Assembly (NCBI RefSeq): GCF_902713615.1
Contig: NC_052155.1
Span: forward strand, 163,531,828-163,595,827
DNA: 64,000 nucleotides
DNA from: Scyliorhinus canicula
Lineage: Eukaryota
Reading direction: 5' to 3'
In this document: positions 1 to 13,267 of the stretch, piece after piece
Layout of the letters: each line of letters starts with the position of its first letter
Numbering within the stretch: position 1 is the stretch's first letter
The notes under the pieces: generated by a model
What the model was told of the DNA's origin: nothing
The model's database searches: none
What the model saw: the letters and a program-made list of their open reading frames with translations, nothing else
Made by a program: the position numbers and the translations under genes

Positions 1-186
1 CAATGAAGAAGCAATTTGGCATGGCCGATCCACCTAGCCTCCATATCTTTGGGTTGGAGGAGGGCCGATGAGACCCACATGAACAAGGGGAGAAGGTGCA
101 ACCTCTACACGGACAGTGACCCAGGGCCGGGATCAAACCAGGGTCCTCAGTGCCGTGAGGCAGCAGTGCTAACCACTGTGCGCCCC
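1..186 (-). mobile_element. HE1/V-SINE-type tRNA-derived SINE
   Basis: Rev-comp of the GGGCGCACAGTGGTTAGCACTGCTGCCTCAC... head and V-core. Confidence 0.85.
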
Positions 187-189
187 TGG

Positions 190-540
190 CTGAAAGGTGA
201 CTTAATTGGAGTGTTTTTAAATTATGAAAAATTTAGGTAAATTGACACAGTAAGCATGTTTTGTTTTGTGGGAAAGAGCAATGAGAGTCTGCCAATAACT
301 ATCGAGAAAGCGAAGAGGGAAATCAGAAGAAACTTTGTTACTCAAAGACAGGTAGAAATGTGGAACTTGCCAGCACAAGGAGTAGAGAATGCAATTACAG
401 GGAATATAGACAAGCATATGCGGGAGAAAGGAATAGAGGGTTACAATGATAGATGCATATGAGGAAAGATGAGAGGAGACTCCAGCGGAGCATAAATAGC
501 AGCATAGTCTGTTTCTGTCCCATATGTCCTATGTAATTCT
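190..540 (+). mobile_element. CR1 3' fragment
   Basis: GDLIGVF..., RRNFVTQRQVEMWN, and tail tcctatgtaattctatgt. Confidence 0.7.
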
Positions 541-830
541 ATGTAATGGAGAGAGGACCATCCCCAATTTTCACATCAAGTCACACACCATTCTAAATTG
601 GAAATATATTGATGTTCCTTCATCATTGTTGCTCAAAATCATAAAACGTCCTCACAGCGATGTATGAACCAGTTCTCCACATGGCCTGCAGTGGTTTGAG
701 AATGTGGCTCACCACCACCTTCATAATAACAATTACGAATGGAGTTTAAATGCTGGCATTGCCAGCAATATCCACATTCATGAATCAATACATCAAAATA
801 AACGAATAAATAAGCCTCCCTGAATATATG

Positions 831-1469
831 CGGCTGGATTCTTCGACTTGAAGGCGAAGTGCTGACGCCGACGTGTGAGCAGTGGCGTTTTACGCCTGGA
901 AAAACAGTGGAAATGCTGCACCGATCTTCCGTCTGGTGGGGGGTAGCAGTCACGCAGCTTAGAGCTCCCGGCTCTAGCTGCGGATACGGCCAGAGAATTG
1001 CCGGGATCATGGCCGCGCCTGCGCACGGCGGCGGCCTGCAGCAGATGCGCCATACAACATGGCGTCGGACGTGCGCGGACCCGGCCTGCCAAATACTGCC
1101 CACCTTTGACTAGGCTCACACCCCCGGACCACCCCCCCACTAGTGCCCCCAGTCCCCGCCAATGTCCCCCTTGCCCGCGGAACGGCTCCCACCCGATTGT
1201 GGAGGCCCTGGACTCAGTCCGCAGCCGCTATGCCGGGTTTCTGATAAATGTATCACACTGTCCCATGCTGTCGGGAATGCAGCCCATCGGGGGTGGAGCA
1301 TCGGGGAAGGGCCTCAGGTGACATCCTGAGGCCGTTACGATGGCGTGTGCCGTACTCTGCGAGTACGCCATTTTGGTGGGGACGGAGAATCGCAAAAGCG
1401 CCACCAACGGGGATTCTCCGGCCAATCAGCAAACGCGATTTCACCATCGGAGACTGGAGAATCCCGCCC
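831..1469. mobile_element. GC-rich Harbinger-type MITE
   Basis: Degenerate TIR CGGCTGGATTCTTC ... GGAGAATCCCGCCC. Confidence 0.7.
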
Positions 1470-2850
1470 CCTATTTCTCCTCAATTTGGTGCTTTCCTCA
1501 GACTCACTGAAAACTCACAGCTGTTGCATTTTAGTCCACTGCCCTGCAATGAACGGTTGACAGATCTGATAATGTTCTCTCACTGCTTTGTTTCTGCCCA
1601 GTCAGCTTTGATGTTCTAACAGATTTGGCCAGTCAACCTGACTCATTAATCTCCCCAGCCCCCACAGCTATAACCCTTAGCTGGTACATTTTGATTTTCC
1701 TAATGGTGAGACAAAGCAGCAGCAGTGAAAGAAAGAAAAGGAGCAAAAACATTGCATTCAATATCCCACTTCCTCCTGGGACAACCTGCCCCATGTACTA
1801 AAGATCTGAGGGTCGATAATAGGCCTGTTCAGTCACTTGAAAGCCCTGGGCAGAACACTGTGGCTCGGTATGGACATTATCCTCGAATCGAGGGATAGCC
1901 GATTATGATGATATTCTGGTCAGCTATGACCTGCTTCTGTACTCAGCGAATTATTACAGTGGTGTAAGGAAGCAGGAACCAGTAAAAAAAAACGAAACTG
2001 GTGTAGCAGTATAGTCCGCATTACACAATTAGTTTTTGTTAACAAATCTGTAATTTATTTAATTGAGGCTCTTTGTAAAAGTCACCTCAAATCTTTGAAC
2101 ATCTTCATATCTTGAATTTTTACCTTTGTTTTTGTTCCTCACCTTGTCCTGAGGGAGGTGAAATTGGCTATCATTTGGTAACACAGCCCTCCAAGTATCG
2201 GGCCTAAGTGCCCAATCTTCTCACGTGAGCCTAAAATGTTAAAGGTTAAAAAAAATTTTTGTTGAATTGAATGCAGTCTGCAGTGGTTTAAGAAGGTGTC
2301 TGACCACCCCATTCTTGAGGGAAGTTAAGGATGACTTTACCACATCCTATTGTTGGGATTTGAACTCTGGACAAAACCAGAGAGGAAGAAAACTCTTGTT
2401 GGGGAATAGCCTCATTGGCAAAAAAGGACAATCACTAATTTAGAATACAAGCTAACAACGTTTATAGGGCAGCAATGCCGAAGACTTAATATTTAACATT
2501 CCACTAGTTGAGGCATGGCACAATATCTTTTCTACGGATCCATGGCATCTTCTCTTCTTGGTTCTTTGAAGCTGGTTGCTTGATTCACAATGTTTTCAGA
2601 GGTTTAAACTTAGTCAACTTAACTGTAACATACAGGCAAAACCTTTTGCAGGTTTTGATTTCAACTCTAATTTCCTAATCTACCCTAACTGCTGCATCTG
2701 GATATTTCACAGTTACTTGCTAAATGTTTCTCTCTCTCTATCGCTCTCTCTCTCTCTCATTCTGTTAAGCTGAAAGCAGTTTCCTAACAAAGATTGCTCA
2801 CTTTTAAGGCAATTACTTTAGCTCTACTACTGGTTTTTAATAGTGATCTG

Positions 2851-3615
2851 GGGCGGGATTCTCCGACCCCCCCCCCCCCACCCCCGGCCGGGTCGGAGAA
2901 TTGCCCGGGGCCGGCGTCAATCCCGCCCCTGCCGTGTCCCGAATTCTCCGCCCCCCCCGAGATTCGGAGGGGGCGGGAATTGCGCCGCGCCGGTCGGCGG
3001 GCCCCCCGCGGCGATTCTCCGGCCTGCGATGGGCCGAAGTCCCGCCGCTGACGGGCCTCTCCCACCGCCATGGTTTAAACCACCTCTCTTACCGGCGGGA
3101 TTGGCGGTGCGGGCGGGCTCCGGGGTCCTGGGGGTGGGCGCGGGGCGATCTGACCCCGGGGGGTGCCCCCACCGTGGCCTGGCCCGCGATCGGGCCCCAC
3201 CAATCGGCGGGCGGGCCTGTGCCGTGGGGGCACTCTTTTTCTTCCACCTTCGCCATGGTCTTCACTCTTTTTCTTCCACCCCGCCATGGCCTTCGCCATG
3301 GTGGAGGTGGAAGAGACCCCCTCCCCTGCGCATGCGCCAGTAGGACATTAGCAGCCGCTGACGCTTGACGCATGTGCGGACTTACGCCGGCCGGCGAAGT
3401 ACTTTCGGCACCAGCTGGCATGGCGCCAAAGGCCGTTCACGCCAGCCGGCGGAGTGGGAACCACTCCAACGCGGGCCTAGCCCCTCAATGTGAGGGCTTG
3501 GCCCCTAAAGGTGCGGAGAATTCCGCACCTTTAGGGCGGCCCGACGCTGGAGTGGTTCACGCCACTCCAACACACTGGGACCCCCCGCCCCACCGGGTAG
3601 GGGAGAATCCTGGCC
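2851..3615. mobile_element. GC-rich Harbinger-type MITE
   Basis: TIR GGGCGGGATTCTCC / GGAGAATCCTGGCC, 3-bp TSD CTG; close paralogue of 22917-23610 and 54502-55184. Confidence 0.88.
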
Positions 3616-3795
3616 CTGGATTTCATACAGCAGGCCCTAACCCTGCTGACAATTATACAAGTCACTTCTGGATTCTTATGGAATTTCCCAGCCACTGACA
3701 ATTTAGTCATTTCTGGATTTTGACAGTGATCCTCAAACTGTGACAATTGCCTGTTGAGGGCGGCACGATGGCACAGTGGTTGGCACTGCTGCCCC

Positions 3796-6700
3796 ACTAC
3801 ACTATAACGTGACCTCGTGCTATAGCTCTACAATGAATTGTAGCTTCTCATCATGTTCTCCCAGAATTCCTTGAGATGCTGCCTTATATACAATAACTTA
3901 GTAATGCCGTCTAGTGTTTGATTTACACATAGTGTCTGATGTAAACCCTTTACTGCACTTGTACGATACATATCATTACATCCCTCTTTTTGATTTAGAT
4001 ATTTCTTTTGTGCATGACTAAAGAAAAAAATGTATAACATTAGTACAGAATACATTGATATGTATACTAAGTTAACAAGTGAGTAAGAAAAAATTATTCA
4101 AACAGTTCATTTGTGTTTCTTCACAAGTTAAGTCTGACTGGTTTCTTTCTTATTCTGGATGATCTCCCCAATCCAGTAAGTGGAGTGGTCAAAGTCTTGA
4201 ACGTCTTCTGAAGTCATCTGGTATCTTGGAAGATGTTATTGTAGTACGAAATAAACTTTCATTGAGTTGAAGATCAGGAAATAACATACTGGAAGATTGA
4301 ACTTTCAGAAGTGCTCTGCGATTTATTTTAACAATCGAACCGTCATTCGTCTGAATGATGTATGAATGAGGTACTTCTTGACGTATTACCTTAGCTAGAG
4401 CAGACCAGTGGGAATGCGAATCCTCACTTGATCACCTGAATTCAGTGGTTCCAGTGGTGTCGCATGTTGATTGTATTTTCTTGATGACTGGCTGAAGATC
4501 TGGATCAGGAAGTCTTATGCATGGAAGACTTTTACGCAATGTTTTGTTCAACAATAGTTGAACAGGAGATAAACCAGTTGCTAGAGGAGTAGCTCTATAA
4601 TTTAATAAAGCTAGGTACATGTCAGAATCAGAATCAAGAGATTTTTTGAAAAGTAATCTCACGATGTGAACTCCTTTTTCAAATTTGCCATTGCATTGCG
4701 GATAAACAGGACTTGAAGTTAGGTGAGCAAAATTGTACACTTTAGCAAATTGTGTCCACTCATAGATATCAAAACAAGGTCCATTGTCTGTCATGACTTT
4801 GCAAGGTATCCCATGTTGAGCAAAAAATTATTTTGTTGCCTTGATCACGGATTTTGCAGTTGAATCAGACAATTTGGTTACTTTGGGATAGTTTGAGAAA
4901 TAATCAATGATTAGAATATAATCATGACCATGAAAGAGAAATAAATCGATTCCAACCTTTGACCATGGAGTCTTCTCAAGATCATGAGGTAGAAGTGTTT
5001 CTTTACTTTGAGTTGATTGGTTGCGTTGACTGGTTTCACATTCAAGAATCAGGTTTGTTATGTCCTTGTTGATGCCTGGCCAATGTTCTGCCTGTCTCGC
5101 TCTTCATTTGCATTCTCTATGGCTAGATGACCTTCATGTATTTTCTGCAGTATCATAGGTCTTCGTGTCATAGGAATAACTATACGATCGAGACGGAGTA
5201 GAAAACCATCTACAGCAGTGAGTTCAGATTGAATGTTTCTGAATTTGGAACAGTGTCCTTTGTGCCAACCATTGTTCAAATGGTTAATGACAAGTTGCAA
5301 CATTTCATCTTTGTTTGTCTCATCTCTGATAAGTTTAAGTTTGTCATCTGAAGCAGGAAGGGTTTCAGTTCGAAGCTGTACTTGAGCTTCAATCTCCTGA
5401 ATGAACTCAGGTGGTCATTTTTCTGAGTAGATATAATGCATCAGCAATTATCAAATCTTTGCCCGGATTATAGACAAGTTGAAAATCATATCGCTTTAAC
5501 TTCATCAGAATGTGCTGTAGTCCAGGAGTCATGTCATTCAAATCTTTGTGAATGATGTGAACAAGTGGTCGGTGATCGGTTTCGACCATGAATGTTGGTA
5601 GGCCATTGTCGTGGGAGTGTCCCTTTAAAAATATTTTTGTCTTATCACATGGCTTCAGTGATATAATTGTGTGGGTGGAGCTGGGCTGTGGCTCTGAGTT
5701 TTACTTTCGCTTTGAGTTTGACCTGATTTTGTATTGCACATGTTGGAAAGAAGTGTATCTCTATCTTCAGTTTAAAAGCTGTTTCCAGGTTACTTGATAA
5801 CTTAAAAGTGATAACTGTTTCCTGGAAGGAATTCAAACCTGCTCTTTTGGAAAGGAAACAGGTGTATCCATACCAAGTCTTGAAGATAGTAAGAGTGCCA
5901 TGTGTTGGGCCACACCTTTCAATGGGGTTCTGGTTTATGGGATCTTGTTATTAAATTGGAACAGTTAAAGGGGGAAATTTATTAAGGGTGATACGTTGTT
6001 TACTGTAGCTGTGTGGAGTATTTCTGTTTGTAGTTGATAAAAATGCTTACTGTGTGTGTTTATAAAAATGTTAACTAAATTTGTAGAATAAAGCTTGTTT
6101 TTGATGAAAAGTGCTTAAGGCCTCTGTTGAATAACACCTGAAGGGCAAGCCTTTGTGCTCATCACAACCAAAATCGATCAACAGTTGTAGGCCAGGTGGA
6201 CTCCATGATATACTTTGGAGTTTTCTAAACCCTGGCCCATAACACCATAGACACAGTCGTGAAACTTGAGAATTCCAATAAGTAAGCCGAAACATTCTTT
6301 TTCTATCTGAGCATACCTTTTCTCAGTAGATGCATTGATCGCAATGCGTAAGCAACAGGTGTCCACAAAGAATCATCATCTCTTTGTCGAAGAACTGCTC
6401 CAATTCCACTTTGACTGGCATCCGTTGAGATCTTTGTTTCTCTTTCAGGGTCAAAGAAGGAAAGAAGAGGTGTGGTAGTCAATGTTGACTTTAGGTCCAT
6501 CCATTCTGTGCGGCGCTCATCAGTCCATGAAAACATCGTGGATTTCTTGATGAGATGGCGCAAAGCCTAGGCATCTCAACACTGCTTTGTTGTCCTCTGG
6601 CACTGTCATCTTCTGTATGGCACAAATCTTGTCATTAACGGGTTGCACACCATGTTCTGAGATTTGATCACCCAGGAATTTCAAAGTTGAGATACCAAAG

Positions 6701-7940
6701 TTGCATTTTGCTCTGTTTAGCGTTAAGCCAAATTTGTGTATCCTCTGGAAAACTTGCAATAGCCTTGCATTATGCTGTTCATGTGTAGATGACCAAACGA
6801 TGATCTCATCCACATAAACGCGTCCTCCATTGATGCCTTCAGTCATTTGTTCCATTGAACGTTTAAATATCTTCAATGCTGAGATTATACCCAAATGGCA
6901 TTCTGTGGAAACAGTATCGACCAAACAGTGTGTTGAATGTGCACAATTTCTTGCTTGTGTCATCTAGCTGTGTTTGCCAAAATCCTCTGGAAGCATCCAG
7001 TTTGGAGAAAAAAAATTCATTTGCCATTTTGCAGGTGATCTCTTCACGCTTGGGTATTGGATCATTTTCAGGCTTTACATTCTTGTTTTGATCTTTTGGA
7101 TCTATACAGATTCCCAATTCTCCAAATGGTTTCTTGATGCACATCATCGAACTGACCCAATCAGTCGGTGCTGTAATCCTGGAGATGATTCCAAGTTCTT
7201 GCTTTAATCTTTCATGTAGGAATTCTTCCAAGAGGGTGTACCACCGGTTTGGTATTTGGTTTCAATTGTATCTTGTACCTTCAAAGGCATGAGGAAATTG
7301 ATCAAGAATTCCCTGACTATCTTCCTGTACAGCTGGCAGAGGTGTGCAGTTGCTATAGATTCTTTGAACTAGGTGAAGATCCTGACAGGTTTATGCACCT
7401 AGTAGCGAAGATCGATTGGATTCAGCAATCTCGAACCGTAAGGTTATCACGGTGTCGTGATTAGTCACTATATGATAGCAAGAAAGCTTATTATAATCAC
7501 GCAATTGGCAATCTGTTTTCTGTATTTTAGGACCTTGACTAAGTTGCGACAGGTCATTAGTGTTGATCAAGTTCATGGAAGCTCCTGCGTCCAGCTTGAA
7601 GATGATTTCTTCATTTACTTGAAGCGGTGTATTCCATTCTGTTCATAGATTGTATTATTTGAGGATTAGAAGTATCATCTGCAGGAGCATTGAACTTTTC
7701 AATTATTCCTACAAAGAAGGAACCTTCTAAGCTATAAACATCAAGATCATTATAAATGTTATCGATTTTTAAAAGTTTCTGCAGTTGTGTCAACATTTCT
7801 TATATTCATGTGTGTCTTCAGTAGATTTACAGATTTAAATTGTGCTGCTTTAAGCAAAGTTCGGCATTGCACAGCAAAGTGATTTAGTTTGCAACAATTT
7901 GAGCAAGTTTTTCTTGTGCTCGGCAATTTTTTTGTGAGTG
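3796..7940 (-). mobile_element. Decayed AT-rich Ty3/Gypsy LTR retrotransposon (gag zinc knuckle, protease, RT, RNase H, integrase, PPT, partial 3' LTR)
   Basis: CSNCCKLNHFAVQC (about 7860-7910); FKLDAGAS protease motif; RT fragments (WVSSM..CIDPK, LDASRGFWQ, YVDEIIV); RNase H (STDASQSGIGAVL, ETDHRPL); integrase (TDNGPCF, SSPVYPQCNG). PPT AAAAAGAGGGA then TG at 3980. Many stops and frameshifts. Confidence 0.9.
5607..6244 (+). mobile_element. Solo LTR inserted in the RNase H region of the Gypsy element
   Basis: TGTCGTGGGAG...GGCCCATAACA with 4-bp TSD CCAT (5603-5606 / 6245-6248). Related to the LTRs at 39324 and 54084. Confidence 0.9.
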
Positions 7941-10502
7941 GGTGTATCTGGGGACCCACTGGGTGTAATAGGAGAAAAGCCCCAAGCAGTATTTGAGTGC
8001 CTTGAGGCTACGGGGAAGGGGAAGTTCCTTAAGGGGACGCATGCGGTCGGGGTCTGGGCCTAGGACCCCATTGTCCACGACGTAGCCGAGGATGGCTCGC
8101 CGGGTTGTGTGGAACACGCATTTCTCTTTGTTGTATGTGAAGTTGAGGGCCCGGGCAGTCTGGAGGAACTTCCTCAGGTTTGCGTCGTGGTCCTGCTGAT
8201 CATGGCCGCAGATGGTGACGTTGTCCAAGTACGGGAAGGTGGCCCGTAAGCCGTACTGGTCCACCATATGATCCATTGCCCTCTGGAAAACGGAGACTCC
8301 GTTTGTGACACCAAAAGGGACCCTGAGGAAGTGAAACAGCTGACCGGCTGCTTCGAAAGCCGTGTAGGGGCGGTCCTGTGGGCGGATAGGGAGTTGATAT
8401 TAGGCCGATTTAAGGTTGACCGTGGAGAATACCCGATACTGGGCGATTTGGGTCACCATTTCTGCTATGCGGGGAAGTGGATATGCATCGAGTTGCGTAA
8501 AGCGGTTTATGGTCTGGCTATAATCTACGACCATTCGCTGTTTTTCGCCGGAGCGGACTACCAATACTTGAGCCCTCCAAGGTACTGTTGCTGGCCTCTA
8601 TGACCCCCTCTTTTAGTAGCCGCTGAACCTCTGACTTGATGAAGGTCATGTCTTGGGTACTGTACCGGTGACTCCTGGTAGCGACGGGCTTACAGTCGGG
8701 AGTGAGGTTCGCGAAGAGGGAGGGTGGCGCAACTTTGAGTGTTGCCAGGCTGCAGACCGTGAGTGGGGGCAGGGGCCCGCCGAACTTCAGTGTCAGGCTC
8801 CGGTGGCTGCACTGAAAGTCCAGACCGAGCAGCAGGGGGGCGCAGAGTGAGGGAGGATGAAGAGTATAAAGCGGGTGTATTCAGCGCCTGAATTGTGAGG
8901 TCAGCGACACAATACCTCGTGATTTGTACCGAGTGGGACCCCGAAGCGAGGGCGATAGTTTGGGAGTCGGGGTGGGTTCACAGGGAGCAGCACCTTACCG
9001 TGTCTGGATGGATAAAGCTCTCCGTGCTCCCGGAGTCGAATAGGCTGGGAGTGTCGTGGCCGTTGACTTGAACCCGCATCATCGAGTTTCGCAGGTGCTT
9101 TGGACGCGATTGATTGAGTGTGATCGCTCCTAGTTGCGGGCCGTCAAAGTCCTCGGTTAAGTCGAACTCACAAAATGGGTGCCCGGAGTCACAGGATGGC
9201 CGCTGCCGCCGGTCGAATGTGTCAGGTTTCGAAGATGGCCGCCGCCAAGATGGCCGCTCCCATGACTCACACGAGGTCGATGACGCGTTGGAAGTGGCCG
9301 TGCTCGGCCGCAGCACGGCCGCGTTGCGGGGTCTGTGAGTCCGGGAGCTTGATTTCTGGGCCTGGTGAGGGTTTCGTTTGTAGCCTTTGGACCCAACCAG
9401 GCAGACTTTAGCGAAGTGCCCTTTCTTCCTGCAGCTGTTGCAGATCGCGGAGCGGGCCGGGCAACACTGACGTGGGTGCTGGCCTTGCCCACAGAAATAG
9501 CATGGGGAACCCCTGGAGTGAGCGGATCGCCGCGTGGCACAGGCCTGTAGCGTGGCCGAGTCTGGAGGGGATCGAGAGGGGTTCGCAAGGTCCGCGGAGT
9601 ACGTACGGAGGGAACGGTGGGCCGTTTTGAGAGAAGAGGCGAGAGTTACCGTGCCCTGGAGATCCTTTGCCCTGTCTTCTAGGAGCCGCTGCCGGATGTA
9701 CGAGGACCTGATTCCGGACACAAGGGCGTCGCGAATGTGTAAGTTACTGTGGTATTCTGCCGTCACTGCTTTGTGGTTGCAGTTCCTCGCGAGCGCAGTG
9801 AGTCTTTCCACGAACTCGTCCAGCGTTTCCCCGGAACGCTGGCTGCAGGTTGAGAGCAAATAGAACATAGAACAGTACAGCGCAGAACAGGCCCTTCGGC
9901 CCTCGATGTTGTGCCGAGCAATGATCACCCTACTCAAACCCATGCATCCACCCTATACCCGTAACCCAACAACCCTCCCTTGGCATGTACCTCGTTAGTA
10001 GGTTTTATGAAGCGTTTCTTCAGTATTTCGACCGCCGCATCATAGGTCGGAGCGTTCTCGATCACAGCGGAGAGTCGGTGGCCCACCCGGCCATGTAGTA
10101 AGTGCAGCTTGCGAGTGCTGTCGACATCAGTCGTTGAGGGGTCCAGATAGTCCTCGAAATACCGGAGCCAATATTAAAAAATTTCCGGGGCTTCCGCCGA
10201 CCTGGCGTCCAGGTTGAGTTTCTCCGGTTTTAGAGCGCTGTCCATCTTGATGTGTCTGTAGATTAAATTGAGGCACCCTCAATTATGACGCGAGAGCGAG
10301 GTCGGTAATCAAAAGGCTTTAATCTACAGAGAACTGAACAGCATCCGAGAGAAGTGTGCTCACCACATGGAGCCTTATCCTATATACCGTTTCCGGGGGG
10401 CGTAGCCAGAGGTGGAGTCCCCCAGGGTTCCAAGCCTCTTAAAGGGGCAAGGTATTAAAGGTCAGGTACCGTTTACGGCAGTTATTAATACCGTTCATCT
10501 CA
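7941..10502 (-). mobile_element. GC-rich Ty3/Gypsy element (5' LTR, gag, protease, RT), 3'-truncated, nested in the AT-rich Gypsy
   Basis: LTR 10502-10269. Gag ATG at 10245 (MDSALKPEKLNLD...), double zinc-knuckle region (CYFCG..HPRQCCPA..CNSCRKKGHFAKVC), protease LFDSGSTES, RT (DLKSAY, PYLDNVTICG, CLGLFSYY). A SINE tail is inserted at about 9859-9980. Confidence 0.9.
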
Positions 10503-11084
10503 AGCTACTTTGCATGTTATTTCTATGTTTCCATTAATGATTCTCTTCTATCTTGAGTATGTTTTTAACATTGACAGTAACTGCCACTCCACTTTGTAGG
10601 AAGGATTAGCATATGTACAACAGGAACAAGCTGCACTTACGAAGTGCCGGTAACAAAAGAAAATGACCAAGGTGCTTGTCACATGCTTGTCAAAGCAATA
10701 GGTTTTAAATTAACATCTTAAAGGTGGACGGCAAGAGGGAGAGAGGCAGGTAGAGGGAGGCAGTTTCAGAGGTGAGGGTCAAAGCAGTTGAAAGCACAGC
10801 CAAAAATGGTGGAGCAAAGAAAATCAGGAATGATCAAGAATCCAGGATTAGAGGAGAGCAGATATCAAGCAAAGTTGCGAGCCTGGACGTGTTTACAGAG
10901 ATGGGGAGGGAAAAGGCCACGGAAGGATTTCAAAACAAACATCAGAATTTTAATTAAAGCGAAATCATTGGGGGTGCTGGAGATCTGAAATAAAAACAGA
11001 AAATGCTGGATGAATCCAGCAGGTCAGGCAGCATCTGTGGAGAGGGAAACAGAGTTAATAATTCAAATCCAATAGGATCTTCTA

Positions 11085-11342
11085 TACAATCGCTACAGTG
11101 CTGAAGAAGGCTATTCAGCCCATCAAGTCTGCACCGACTCTCTGAAGGAGCATCCTACCGAGGCTCACTCCCCTGCCCTATCCCCGTGACCCCACCTAAC
11201 CTGCACATCTTTGGCATGTGGGATGAAACTGGAGCACCCGGAGGAAATCCAAGCAGACACGGGGAGAATGTGCAAACCCCACACAGACAGTGACCCGAGG
11301 CCAGAATTGAACCCAGGTCAGCAGCAGGGCTAACCACTGTGT
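11085..11342 (-). mobile_element. HE1-type SINE
   Basis: V-core plus CR1-like tail. Confidence 0.85.
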
Positions 11343-12619
11343 CAACGTCTTCTTCAGAACCGATGAGAGAATCTTAAGATCAGGGTATTGTTGGAACAGG
11401 AGCCAATGCAGGTCAATGCATTGGAAGAGCTGGAAGTATAAAGCTGGATTGCGCTGTCATGCGTAAACATTTTTGAGGCCTACAGTGAACATCAGGCGCA
11501 TTAGCAGGCATTCCTTGAACCTCCAGTGTCGCCCAGCACTTTTGTGTGGAATTTACAACGCTGCAGATCAGCCCTGACTTCCTCTTCTTCCTCTCATGCC
11601 GTGAGTGCATTGAGAGAGAAAAATATCCATTTTAATTCCATGTTGGAGAAAGAATGCCCAATCGAACAAATAGCTCTGGAATCGAACCAAAAATAAAAAC
11701 TAGAAATACGCAGAGGCTCAATCAGAATCTGATAAAAGTCAAGAGAGATTAGTTTTTGAATAAGGAGTCCACATATGACATGAATCATTCTTTTTTAGTG
11801 ACTGATTTATTTGCTTTGTGCTGCCAGTATTTTGCAGTTCTTTGATGATCTTGACTTGCCCTTTAATTGTTGCCAAATACTTTTCTTGATCAAACTGATT
11901 TGAAGTCGTGACAATCTGCTAACTATATTCAAATTCAACTTATTTGCATCTTCTTTTCCAAAGACATAGAATAATTGGTTGTGAGCAAGCAGGCTCAGAG
12001 CAAAGAGTTATTTCATTCTGGGCACAGAATGAGTCCCTTTATAATCCAACATTATTAAATGAAAAAGTCAATTATACAGTCAAATGCAAGGGATAAACAT
12101 CTGAAAGCTTAATACAATGCAACGTAGAAATGAAAAGAACAGTGCATTGTAACAAATGAACATCTAAAGGGAAATGTAAACTGCAGTACATTGGAATTAA
12201 CTATGTGCGGCTCATTCTATGAAGATTAATCATGCCGTACAATATTCAACATTAATCATTCACACAATATGTGAATATTGACAACCAGAGCTCAATGTGT
12301 GAAGGTTGACTAAGTACAAGCTCAATCCCCAAGGGAGAATATTAACAGCCTCCACAAGTTCATTTGTCCCACTGCTATCTTTTAACCGCTGATTTCATGG
12401 CACATGCCCAGGATCTCGTGATTACGTTTGAATCAACCTTTTAAGCAGATAGCACTTCAAAACCAATGTTTATAGCATGAGTATAGAGAACATGGATGCT
12501 CCACGTGGTAGGAATTACTGGCCAGTGAAAAGATAATTTTATTGCCGTTGAAGGAGAAGGGCCCCCACAAAAATAGCCTAGGTCATTGGCTAGTAACTTA
12601 ACTGGTTTCCAGGTAGGTG

Positions 12620-12815
12620 GGGGCCGGTTTAACTCAGTGGGTTAGACAGTTGGTTGCAGAACAAGGCCAGCAGTGCAGGTTCAATTCCTGTACCAGCTGA
12701 GGTTGTTCATGAAGTCCCTGCCTTCTCAACCTTGCCCCTCGCCTGACATGTGGTGATCCTCAGGTTTAATCACCACCAGTCAGCTCTTCCCCCTCAAAGG
12801 GTCATCTGACTTTAC
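12620..12815 (+). mobile_element. Older tRNA-derived SINE-like element (related copy at about 17940-18120, -)
   Basis: GGTTTAACTCAGTGGG...GGTTCAATTCC (A/B boxes) followed by a core shared with the 17.9-kb copy. Confidence 0.6.
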
Positions 12816-13267
12816 CTTCCAGGTAGGTGACCTCTTGGTTGCCCGATGTTGCTGCCTGATTCTAGCAAGTTGCACTCGGGTACATATTTGGGTCAACAGA
12901 CCTCCTTGTTTGATTTAAATAAACCTGGCTCATGAAATGATCTGTACCTCTCACTGCGTGTCCTGGCTGATTGTCTGCACAGATGATAAAGTGAGCCTGT
13001 AAGTGTATGAAAAATAATGAAGGACGGCTCAATATCCAAATGTGGATAATATGCATCACAATAGTGAATATTGCCAGTATATACTACTTCATGTGAATAC
13101 TGACAATACTCAATGTAGACAGTGTGCAGTTCAGTACATGAATATTTCAGAAATCCCATTGAAATATGCAAACATTCTTACAGGGCTCAACCGAGTAGAT
13201 GCAGGAAAGCTGTTTTCCCTGCTGGGAAGTTAGGCCTGCCCTTGAACTGGAGAAAATAGCTATTTAA

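Noticed and set aside
2784-3797. Clusters of overlapping Pro/Gly/Arg-rich ORFs or CpG-island promoters (also at 15.4-16.8, 22.9-23.6, 30.9-31.7, 54.5-55.2 and 59.4-60.1 kb)
   Set aside because: Stop-poor GC-rich MITE interiors bounded by TIRs.
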